From contig MU054116.1 of assembly GCA_013239625.1 (NCBI GenBank), positions 145,890-209,889 on the forward strand: DNA of 64,000 bases. The letters are read 5' to 3'. The notes beneath the pieces are model-generated. The model worked only from the letters and a program-made list of their open reading frames with translations. It made no database searches and was not told where the DNA came from. Positions 25,050 to 34,770 of this stretch are shown here, piece by piece. Origin of the DNA: Lama guanicoe (Eukaryota). Position 1 is the stretch's first letter, and every line of letters starts with the position of its first letter. The position numbers and the translations under genes were made by a program.

Positions 25050-28000
25050 GATTACTTTGCATGTGTCACATAAATCCAAGAGTCTCTTATTTCTTGGAGT
25101 TTGGCAACACAAGGGTTGGTTAGCAGTACCTGATAAAAGATTCTACAGAGTGGATGAAGAGAGTCTTCTGGAAGCATCTTTTCCAATAGACTAAACCTCC
25201 AGGTTACAAGGGTGATGCTTGAGTTCTTCATCTCCCAAGAGTGCACTGTGAAATGACTGCTCTACCAAAACATAGCTATTTTTATAGAAGCAATTAGACC
25301 TTTGCAATATTGGAGAATCTCTCCTTTTATCAGTTGTGAGGTAGGAGCCAGGTGCATTGGGTGTCTTGAGACTATCTCAAAGGGTGAATTTTTTACTTCC
25401 AAAGGGATGGATCTGAGACTTAGAAGGACCAGTGGCAATGCTTTTGGCTAAGGTATTTCGAAGGCCTCTACAAATTGTGCCAATTGAATCTTAATGCCAT
25501 TAGTAAGTTCTGACTAAATCAGAGGATTGAGAGTGGTAAGCTCAGTGAAAATGTTGTGAAACCAGCCAAACAGCACAAGCTTGTTGAAGTCCCAGACCAG
25601 TAAAATGGATTCCTCAGAGACTATGAAGTTTGAGAGGAGTTCCCCAAGTAGGGATAATCTTTTCCAAAAGGACTTGAGCCACAGAAGAGGCAACAGCCTA
25701 TCTGCAAGGGAAGGCTTCAGTCCACTGTGAAAACTTAACATACTTTGATTAAAATATTTTTATATTCATGAGACAGGAAGTTGTGTAAAATCTACTTGCC
25801 AAATCTTAAACTGTCCTTTAGGCAGTTTAAAATTTCCAGGCCCAGTACAAACAGGCTTCCCTTGGCTTAAACAAGTAGAACAAGTGAAGTAGGCACTTTT
25901 TGCAACCTTGATATGTTTCCCCAAAAATAGATTCATGAGTGCTATCATTTTGTTGGCAGACTGATGGTTTAATGCACGTACAGTGGTTAGGAGTGGAAAT
26001 TTGTGAGTCTCCAGTAGGACTGAGTTTGAACCAGGTAGGATTTTGTCTTAACCAGAACTTTCTCTTTTTATCAAGCCAACAATTGTTAAGTTTTTCAGTC
26101 TTGTTTTTGCCTTTCTGAGGTCAGTTGTTGGGCTTCTCTAGCCAGTTTTTCTAAGTTATCATTTGGAAAAATATCTCTCTGGCCCATGACAGAGGTTTGG
26201 CTACTATGGGTCATTTAAGAGCACCATTTCTAATGGAAATCCCATAAGAAATACCATAAGGAAGTAAAGATTTTCCAGAGTTGAAGCACACAACTAATGA
26301 AACAGCTTTCCTGAGATATCCAGACCAGACCTGTTAAAAGGAAATACCAACAATGTAAATACCATTAGCTTCCAGCATATCAAGTTTAAAATGCCCCAAA
26401 ATCTTAGTAATAGCTAGAGTGGCAGGTAAAAGTATTAAAATCAAAAATCCCTGAACATAGGGAATGTTAAATTTTATTTCCACTGAAAGTGAGGAAACCA
26501 CATTGCTTCCACAACATTCCAAAACCATCAGCTACTCCAAAAGCATATCTACGACCAATATAAATATTAGAAGTTTTGCCCTTGGTTAAAAGTTTTGCCC
26601 TTGCATGCCCTTGTAAAAGCATATAATTCAGCCAGTTGGGCTGAAGCAGCCATGGGTAAAGATGCTGCCTCAACAACATCAAAAGGAGTTGGAATAGCAC
26701 ACCCCGCACAACATCTGCCATTGTCACCTTCTAAATAAGAACCATCAGTGAACAATTAGAAGTCAGCGTTACCCAAAGGATTTTCCTGTAGATCATCCTA
26801 ATGAGTCAGGAGATCTGTCAGCATTACACAGTCATAAGGGGCTTTGTCAGTGATGGAAAAAAAGGAGTATCAGGGTTTAGGTATCGCAACTTGAAAGAGT
26901 TATGTGAGAAAAGTTAACGAAAGTACTTCACAGGAAGTGAGGTGGCCGACCAAGAAATGTTGAGTGTGATATGAGAATTGAGGAAAACTTCTACTGCACG
27001 ACACACAAAAATGGTTAAACGGGATCCCACAACAATTTTCTTCTCCATGGTCTTAACCATAAATGCAGTGGCCGTAACGGCTCTAAGGTGAGGGAAATAT
27101 CCTTGTGCCACAGGGTGAATCTGCTGGCTATAATATCTTATAGGTAGATAGTGGGCCCTTTGTTTTTGGATAAGAACCCAAAGGTCATTCCCTTCCTTTC
27201 AATAAACAAAAAGGAAATAGGGAATCTGATGATTAGAATGCCCAAGGGCAGGTCAGTTCACCCAACTCCCCTTTAAGTCCTTAAAAGCTATGCCTTCTAG
27301 AGCTTCCCATAAAGTTGAGTCAAGGTTGCTGTTCTTTAGGAAAACATACAGAGGTTTGGCAATAAGAGAGAAATTTGGAATCCAATTTTGGCAATAATCA
27401 ACTAGCCCAAGAAACTTCATAGTTGGCACTTAGTTTTGCGTTTTGGAAATTTAGGATACCATGAAGCCTATCTGGACCTAGATGTAACCTTTGTTCTGAC
27501 ATCAGATGCCCTAAATATGGAACCTGGGTTTGGGCAAACTGCAATTTTTCCTTGGTGACTTTATGTTCATTTAAGGCTAAAAGCTTTAGCAAGAGGATGC
27601 TGTCTCCCTGTGAGGAGACTTGAGAAGAAAAGCAAAGAAGCAAATCATCCACATACTGCAATGAAGTAGAATGTGTAGGGAACTGTATGTCATCCAGATA
27701 GTCTTCAGGCAGGACTTGTGAGAAATCATAAGGATTCTCAGTAAAACCCTGAGGCGTAACTATCCAGATATTTTTCTTCCCAGGTAAAGACAAAGAGGTA
27801 TTGGCTAGCTTCACCAACTGGAATACTAAAGAATGCACTACATAAATCAATTACAGTAAACAATTTGCTTCTGGTGGGAATGGATGTTAGTAGAGTATGA
27901 AGGTTAGTAATAACTGGGTGTCCAGAGACAACAACACTGTATATTGCTCAAAGGTCTGGGACAAACCTCTACCCTTGAACCTTAGTTTTTCTCACTGGTA

Positions 28001-28640
28001 AAATAGGCGAACAAAATTAGTACAAAGGGAAATGAAATCTTGAGCCTTGAAATCTTCTATTATGGGCTTTATGCCATGAAGAGCATCTTTACTTATAGGA
28101 CAATTAATTCTGGTGAGAGGTTTTGAAGGATAAATTTGTCTTGATGAGATATGCACTGTGAATTTTGCCACAATTTTACCCTTAAGGAGGGTGATTGTTG
28201 ATTCAATAGGGACAAAGAGTGTTTCCAGAATCAGCTCTTGTACCACCAAAGACAGAGCAAATAAAAGATGTCAAAGGGTAATTTAATTCACCTAGTGGGG
28301 TTACTTTGATGTCTACTGTCAAATTCTGGAATTAGTTCCCCTTTTGAGAGGAAGAGATTCCAGCATGATACTTCTCTAAGAAGCCTCAATCTAATAAATG
28401 GTTACGGGCTTAGGTACTAAAGAGAAAAGGATGTATATCTATCAACGGGCCTAAACGAAAAGGAATCGGTTCACAGACAGCACCCTTTTGAGGGTCATTT
28501 AAAAGCCCCACTATTTGAACCACTTTTCTACTCCAAGGCAGGGGTTATTTTATTTTTTACTTTTATTTTATTCAGGTTGAGCATGGAGTGTGACTCCAGT
28601 GTCAGTTAGGACAGGAAGAGATACATTCTCAATCTGGAGG
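25050..28640 (-). pseudogene. ERV pro-pol remnant (protease, RT, RNase H, integrase) with many frameshifts and stops
   Basis: DTG at 28595-28603; YVDD in ORF 27398-27850; FTDGSY in ORF 26567-26755; WQVDFTQLP in ORF 25766-25948; WIYVTHAK at the integrase C-terminus. Confidence 0.9.
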
Positions 28641-28970
28641 AATGTTTATCCAAACTGATCACGGAGGATTGAGAAGAGCCCCTGTTGTACCTTGGAGTCC
28701 CATCACTGAGAATTGGGAGGATGTTGGAAAAGCTGCTTAAAAGGCTAAAGGAACCTAAAGCACTTAAGTTCGTAACAATCTCTTCTCCAATGTCATGGCT
28801 TTTTGCAATAATTACAGAAACTAGGAGGGTTTTTAGTTTCCTTTTAGTGCCTTCATTCACAGGTGTTGAAAATTAAGAATTTTGATGGTCTCCCACTGAG
28901 ATGACTCATCTAGAGTATGAGAGAGAGCTGGTTTGCCAGATTAACTAAGTCTGGTATAGTTTTCCATTCC
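28640..28970 (-). pseudogene. ERV gag, 3' part (capsid end and nucleocapsid)
   Basis: Minus strand reads EWKTIPDLVNLANQL, then a single zinc knuckle CNYCKKP*HWRRDC at ~28773-28820. Confidence 0.8.
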
Positions 28971-30552
28971 TTTTTTTTCTTTTTGGGGAGGAGGAGGGTG
29001 TAGGGGTTCTTTATTACTCTCAAGGCCTAGGCTTTTTCTCTCAACATACCCGGCTGGGCAGAAATAAAGCACTTTCAATTAAAAACAACGACTCAGCCCT
29101 GATTTTCAGTACAATTTGCTTTTCATTAAAAGTTCAAGTTTCTCAAGGTCTAGATGTACAGTGTGATCATATTATAGTACTCAAGAAGAACATCTTCCTT
29201 GTTGTTCACCCTGCTAGGGAAATAGGTCTTGACTCAGCCTAAGTGGTGTTCTCATGGGTGATTAATGACAGCCCTAGATCTCCCTGCAGTGACATCCCTC
29301 TGCACCCTCCACCCGCAATGTACTAAAATCAGCCTTGTCTTAACTTAAGGAGAGGCTGCCGCCTCCACTCGAACTACCCAGTTCCAGAGTTAACAACTGC
29401 GACCAGTGGATGCTGGGAGACAGCCAAGGAGAGTACGGTGAACCGTGTAACCCTTCTCTTGCCTAGATTTCCGCGCAGCACCCTCTCTAATCACTTCCAC
29501 AGGGGCTCTCCAGGCTACGGAACCGCTCAATTCTAGTTAACAGGCCCAAAGAAAAGGATCTTCCTCTTCCCCACAAAACCCTGCAAGAAATGGCCCCACG
29601 CACCCCACCTCCCAATTACCCCAACACCACTTTCCCACTCCCCACCCCTGCTCCTTGACATCAGGCCATTTCTACTGTGTCTCTGAGGCTGGAGGAGCTC
29701 ATTTAAGGAAATAGTGGTCCCCCAAGGGCTCTGCTAACACAGGAGAGCAGTCAGGTAACACCCACCCCTCAACCCCCACCCCACCCCCCACGAATCGGGC
29801 AGCAGCACCGGGCGCCCCGGGGAGCCCTACCTGAGAGCCATGGGAAGAGTCCCACCTGTGGTGAGGCGGAAGGGGACGTCGAAGGGAGGGCTCCGTTTAG
29901 AGATGCTTCTGCGGCGAGGCGGTGGCGGCGGCCGAGGAGGCGGCGTTGGTGGCCATGACCGACGCCGCCGACGGGGAGGCCGCGCTGAGGCGAGCGACAA
30001 TGGCGCGCATCGCCTCCGCCTGGGAAACGCCGGGCTCAGCGGCGGGTGGAATTCCAGAGTCCTTTTCAGAGTGGCTTCGTGCGGCATCGCCAGGACGGGA
30101 AGGGGTCAGGGAGGGAAGACGGAGGGCAAGCGAGCGAGAGCGGGGCCGCCAAGAGCGCCTCACCGACGGGCTCCCAGAGCGGAAACGCAGGTGGCGCAGC
30201 GCGGGCGGGAAGACAGCCGCCGCGCAGGCTCCCTCCGCCTCAGGAGCCGCGGTCCCAGCGGCGGCGGCGTCAAGGGGGCTCTTCTGCCTTCTCAGGCGCT
30301 GCACCCCTCAGAGGCTCCGGCCTCCCTCGTGCTGGGTGGAGCTTTGCCCCGGCCGGCGGCGCGCCTGCGCTGAGACCGGCTCCTTGGAAAGTGGTATCAG
30401 CGCCCTGAGGTGTGAGGCTGGCAGGCGGCTTCTAATACACCTGCTAGGGGCCCAGCTAGAGGGAGGGCAGCGGGGAGTTGTGGGGAGACGGGGCGGGGGC
30501 GGGGGCTCCCGCAACAGTCCAGCCGCTTCCCCCTCCGCTGTCCCAGCCTTTC
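28971..30552 (-). pseudogene. AKIRIN2: Captured AKIRIN2 fragment: 5'UTR, coding exon 1 (30087-29856), retained 5' part of intron 1, poly(A)-like tract
   Basis: Minus strand [31 protein letters not shown], then across frameshifts ASPQKHL* and DVPFRLTT, matching the AKIRIN2 N-terminus ([31 protein letters not shown]...[22 protein letters not shown]). Homology stops at CACCACAG|GTGGGA, a splice donor at 29856/29855. AATAAA at 29015-29010; A-tract at 28984-28971. Confidence 0.9.
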
Positions 30553-30555
30553 TCG
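29800..30555. promoter_or_regulatory. CpG island (AKIRIN2-derived)
   Basis: Very GC-rich, about 7-11 CpG per 60 bp at 29881-30000, in an otherwise CpG-poor window. Confidence 0.85.
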
Positions 30556-31075
30556 GTTCAGCCCATTAATAAATAGAATTAAAAGCTACCTGGGTTGGAA
30601 TCAGTCTAAAGGAAGACCAGAATTTCCTTTAAAAATAATCTGAAGTCCACTGTAGGAATCATGTGCAGATCCATCGGATTTTTGTGTGCAAGGCTGAATT
30701 GTGTTCCAATCAATACGCTTTGGCAAAGCCCTAGGAATTGCTCAGTGAAGTTGCCCAGCAATTGCTCACACCTGATTATATGATAATGTAGCGGGCTGGC
30801 CTCCCAATTGTAATTCTAGAGACCTTTGCCCAATCAGTAGTTTCCATCCAGTGCTGGGCCTGGCCTTCACCAATAGGCATATGAACTAGTTGATATAAGT
30901 CAGAGAAACCAGATTGATGTTTGAATGACTATATTAAATTCCTCAGCAAAACGGTGAGGATCTTTGGTAACTTTGGGAAAAATCTTTGAAAATGGCTTGT
31001 AATTCAGCTTTAGTCCTGGAAATATAAGACAGCAAGGGTTTAGCCTCTGAATCCTCAGAAGGCTTAATTCTAAAG
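30553..31075 (-). pseudogene. ERV gag, 5' part (capsid)
   Basis: Minus strand remnants FPKVTKDPHRFAEEFNIVIQT, GFSDLYQLVHMPIGEGQAQHWME and FINGLNR up to the insert junction. Confidence 0.82.
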
Positions 31076-31084
31076 GCCTTTGGA

Positions 31085-31102
31085 TCCCCGTACGGGTCAC
31101 CA
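31085..31102 (-). promoter_or_regulatory. Primer binding site, tRNA-Ile(AAU)
   Basis: Minus strand TGGTGACCCGTACGGGGA is 17/18 identical to the complement of the tRNA-Ile(AAU) 3' end (TGGTGGCCCGTACGGGGA), 3 nt from the LTR end. Confidence 0.88.
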
Positions 31103-31105
31103 AAA

Positions 31106-31275
31106 TATTGACCTAAAACAAATAGAGTGCCAGTTATTTCCCAAGCAAAAAGGGTTTATTCGAGATCAAAAAAGAATTGCAATGTAGTATGCAAACATGG
31201 CGGGCCACATACAAGTCCTCACCCAATGAGGACAGGAGGAATCGTTTAAAGAGTGGGAAAGGAGGTTGGGAGGGC
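31106..31275 (-). repeat. 5' LTR, truncated (most of U3 missing)
   Basis: Aligns by eye to the 3' LTR ('tgccagttatttc...gggtttatt...gaattgca...ggacaggagga...tttaaagag...gggagggc') with roughly one difference in five. Confidence 0.82.
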
Positions 31276-31699
31276 ATAAAATGCTCACAGTAGGTTTAAA
31301 CTACAAAATGCAGTACATCTTTTAAATATGACATAATGAACAAGTGAAATTAATCTGTAGAATAAAAACTAAAAGAGCTGTTGAATGAAAATGTAAGTGT
31401 TACGACCACTAGCATAACCCTAATTTTTCTTTAAAACGAGTTGAACTGTTAAATATATACAAATTAATATAAATAATGTGAATCTGAATATTTGAGCCAC
31501 GCTGCTGCTTAGAGCAACACTCATTAGTATTGGGTGGTTAGTAAGAGCAGTGGAGTGAAATGAGTTCGGGGACCTTGGGAAGCTCTTTCTAATGCAGGCC
31601 CATTCCTCCCAAGCCCTACTTGATCATTTGAAATAGATACAGATGTATATTATTTCATCTATTATATTGAAGTAAGTACCTCCAAAAACAAGTATTTTT

Positions 31700-34200
31700 T
31701 CAACACTAAGGTACAATTTATAGTAAAGAAAGAATATAATTCAATGCACATAGCTTGATGAATTTTTATAACTATAGATACTCATGTAACAGATCCAGAT
31801 GTAGCATATTTTCAGAATCCCAGAAATCTCTTTCATGCCTCTCTAAATCAATATACTCCTATATGCATCTGCTATGCTGACTTACAATGCTGGATTAGTT
31901 TTGTATATTCATGATTATCCTAATGAATAAAAATGCACAGAATGTACTCTTTTGAGACTGGTTTCATTTGCTCAACATTATGTCTGTGACAGTTGTCCAA
32001 GTTGCTATGTTAGCAGTAGTTTATTCTTATAATTTACAAGTTATAGTCAGTCATATAAATAAAGCACAACTGATTTAATCATTTTATCTTGATGGATATT
32101 TGGGCTGGTTCCCATATATGGCTCATAAAACTACTAAGGATATTCTTGTACATGTTTTTTCGGCAGACATGCACTCATATCTTTAGAATATAGAACCAGA
32201 AATGGAATTGATAGGCTATATGGTAGCCATATGTTCAGCTTAGTTGATGCTGTCAAATAATTTTTGTAAATAGTGTGCCAGTTTATTCTATCAGCAATGG
32301 ATAAAGGTTATAACTGCTCCATATTCTTGCCAAAATGTCACTGTCAAAGCTCTTGATTTTAGCCATATTTGAACTAATGATGTTGAACACATTTTTGCGT
32401 GCTTTTTGGATATTGGACATCCTATTTTGTGAAATGCCTAGCCAAATAATTTATATTTTTTAACTTGATTTATTTTTTAAATTAATTTTTGGAGTTTTGT
32501 GAATCTTCTATATATCAATCCTTTTTCAGGGGCATGTATTGAAGCTTTTTTAACCCTCTAGGTGTCTTGTCTTTTCCTATTTTTTTTTTATGTTGACTTT
32601 AAAAAGCAAAAGTTCTTAATTTTAGTGAAGTCTAGTGAAGTCCAATTCATCATTTCATTTCTTTTGTTGATAGGGCTCTTTGTTTTTTGTTTCAGAAATC
32701 TTTGCATAAAACCCATTATTATGAAGGTAAGTAACAATGTTCTAGTCTGTAAGTGTATGCTCAGGCCACCCAAAATGTCTGCTCTCCTGCTCTCTGTACA
32801 TCCCCTACTTGACCAGTGTCTGCTTCATCTACACCGTACTCAAATCACTGACCTTCCGGCATACTTGCCCCCTCCCCAGCTAGTGATTGTTCTAATCTTT
32901 AAATCAGAACATCTGCACCATAATAGCTTATCAAAGAGGTGGTGAGGGGCACGCCCCTCTGCTAGTTTTCCTGGTAACCGTGAGCCAAACTGACATCAGT
33001 TCCCCATATATCTAGTAACTTCCCCCTCCCCCTCAACCTTGGAAGCAAAGAATATCACCAGGTCCTGCCCGCCATCTGCTGCACATAGTGGGATGTCACT
33101 CCAGGACCTTGCCTCAAAAATGTAAGCTATCCCGTTATCCATCCCTTAAACCACTGAAGTCTCCATCGCTGACTCCAGGCTCTTTCTTCAACCTAGGTAA
33201 GTACAGCCCTTGTATGCCTGCATGGTGCAGCCAAACAAATTTCACTCACATATCTTACAAATTAAGGTTAATTACCCATCTGAAATTAACTTTTATCTGT
33301 GGTTTGAGATAAGGAAGAACATTCAATTTTTTTCATGTGAACATCCATGTAACTCAGCATTATTTATTGGAAAGATTTGACCATTCACCTTTTCTCCTTG
33401 CATTCAGTAGCAACCCTATCACAATCAACTGTTTCATAAATGAATCTTTTTCAGATTTCATCATTTAATTCCATTGATATGCTTATCTTTGAATCAGTAC
33501 TACACTATTTTCCTTATAGTAGCTTTGAAATAAGCTCTTATATTAAATACTGTAATTCAAACAACTTTCTTCTGCTTCCTTGAGGTTGCCTTGGCTCTTT
33601 TTGGCCCTTTGTTTTTCATAAAACCTTAAAAATTTTGGCAGTTTCAGAAAGCATGTAAAAAAAATTCTCTTCAGTGATTTTAAGATTGCTTTGGACATAT
33701 AGGCCAATTTGGGTAAAATTAATGTCTTTACAACATTGAGAGTTCCAATCCATTAAAACATACACCTCAACCCACACAAACCTTTTCTAATAGACTTTAT
33801 TGGTGTCTCTTTAACTTTCAAACATATTTCAAAGTTTTAAGTATAAAGTGGCCTTGCACAATATTGATAGACATTTTACTGGATGTTTTGGTAGATTCAT
33901 TCCCAGGTGTTTGATAACATGTTTTTTACATGTATTCTTAACTTTTATTTTCTAATTGTGGCTAGTGTGTAGAGATGTAATTGTTTTTGTATGTTGACTT
34001 TTGTCTAGCAACTTTTCCAAATTTAGTAATTGCTAATTATTAAGTTTAATAAGTCTAATGATTCACTTGCAGTGTCTTTTAAATGTGTAAATACATAAGC
34101 AAATAATATGCAAATAATGGAAGACTATTATTTATCATTTCTTTATTGCCCTTTCTGGGCTACCTAGTACAATGATAAATATAAACATCTTGATGTAAAA
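31700..34200 (-). mobile_element. Old LINE-1 (L1M) fragments, interrupted by an LTR
   Basis: Reverse L1 3' and ORF2 text (32588 ORF MMNWTSLDFTKIKNFC; 'tttacaacattgagagttccaatccat'). Confidence 0.75.
32749..33237 (+). mobile_element. ERV1-like solo LTR
   Basis: C-rich TG...CA block ('tgtaagtgtatgctcagg...gcagccaaaca') interrupting an L1; family not identified. Confidence 0.6.
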
Positions 34201-34604
34201 ATTACACAAGATAGCATCCACAATTACATTTATTGTGAAAAGAAAATGAACCTTCGTTTGAATTAAAAGAAAACCATCTTTACATGAACCCATGTATGAC
34301 CACATCTTAAGAAGTGCTGAAAGAGGGAGATGAAAATAGTATTTTTGTTTTTTAAATATTTGTATTCATATATTTATTTAGAATATTACAAAAATTACAA
34401 AATATTATCACTTGCTTTGAGTTTTCTAATATTTTTCTATTATGTTATCTTATTTAATGATTGATAAAAAGTAGCATGTGGGACAGGGTTGTGATCTTTT
34501 AGCTTCTGTAGATGGTAAGGAAGAAATGCAGGAAAAGGAGACTACTTCTTGACCATTTGGTTTTTTAATATTTTCTCTTGACCAGTGCCTGTTGCTATTT
34601 TGTT

Positions 34605-34770
34605 GCATCTTTGTGTCCCTCAGGACGCTGCCCCCACTGCTGCATCTTTCAGGATTTTTGCCCAAGTTCATTACAAAGGAGCCTCATTAGTGGCATTTGT
34701 ATCTGGGTCACCAAGGACTCAGATGCTTATGATTTAGTTTGAGGTTCAGCAAATAAAAATCTTAATAGTG
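34605..34770 (+). promoter_or_regulatory. Paralogous upstream non-coding block (candidate OR promoter or 5' exon), copy 2
   Basis: 'aggacgctgcccccactgctgcatctttcaggatttttgccc...tcattagtg...gtcaccaaggactca'; homeodomain-like CTAATGA (minus) and O/E-like sites; ~3.6 kb upstream of the OR at 38292. Confidence 0.55.

Larger units (their letters stand above)
23985..31275 (-). mobile_element. Defective class I (gammaretrovirus-like, ERV1) provirus: LTR-PBS(Ile)-gag-pro-pol-PPT-LTR, no env, carrying a host AKIRIN2 insert
   Basis: Related LTR sequence at both ends, PBS, gag CA and CCHC remnants, protease DTG, RT LQYVDDLLL, RNase H FTDGSY and AQLAEL, integrase WQVDFTQLP, polypurine tract. Confidence 0.92.

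Noticed and set aside
29827..30087. 86-aa minus-strand ORF as a functional AKIRIN2 protein
   Set aside because: Only ~31 residues are in the AKIRIN2 frame before a frameshift; the correct frame has a stop after SPQKHL; later exons are absent.
29840..30569. Long + strand ORFs (177 aa and 215 aa) in the GC-rich island
   Set aside because: Antisense shadows of AKIRIN2 exon 1 in stop-poor GC-rich DNA; low-complexity peptides, and the 215-aa ORF starts at GTG.
31081..31102. tRNA-Ile 3'-end-like sequence on the + strand
   Set aside because: It is the retroviral primer binding site, only 18-22 nt long.
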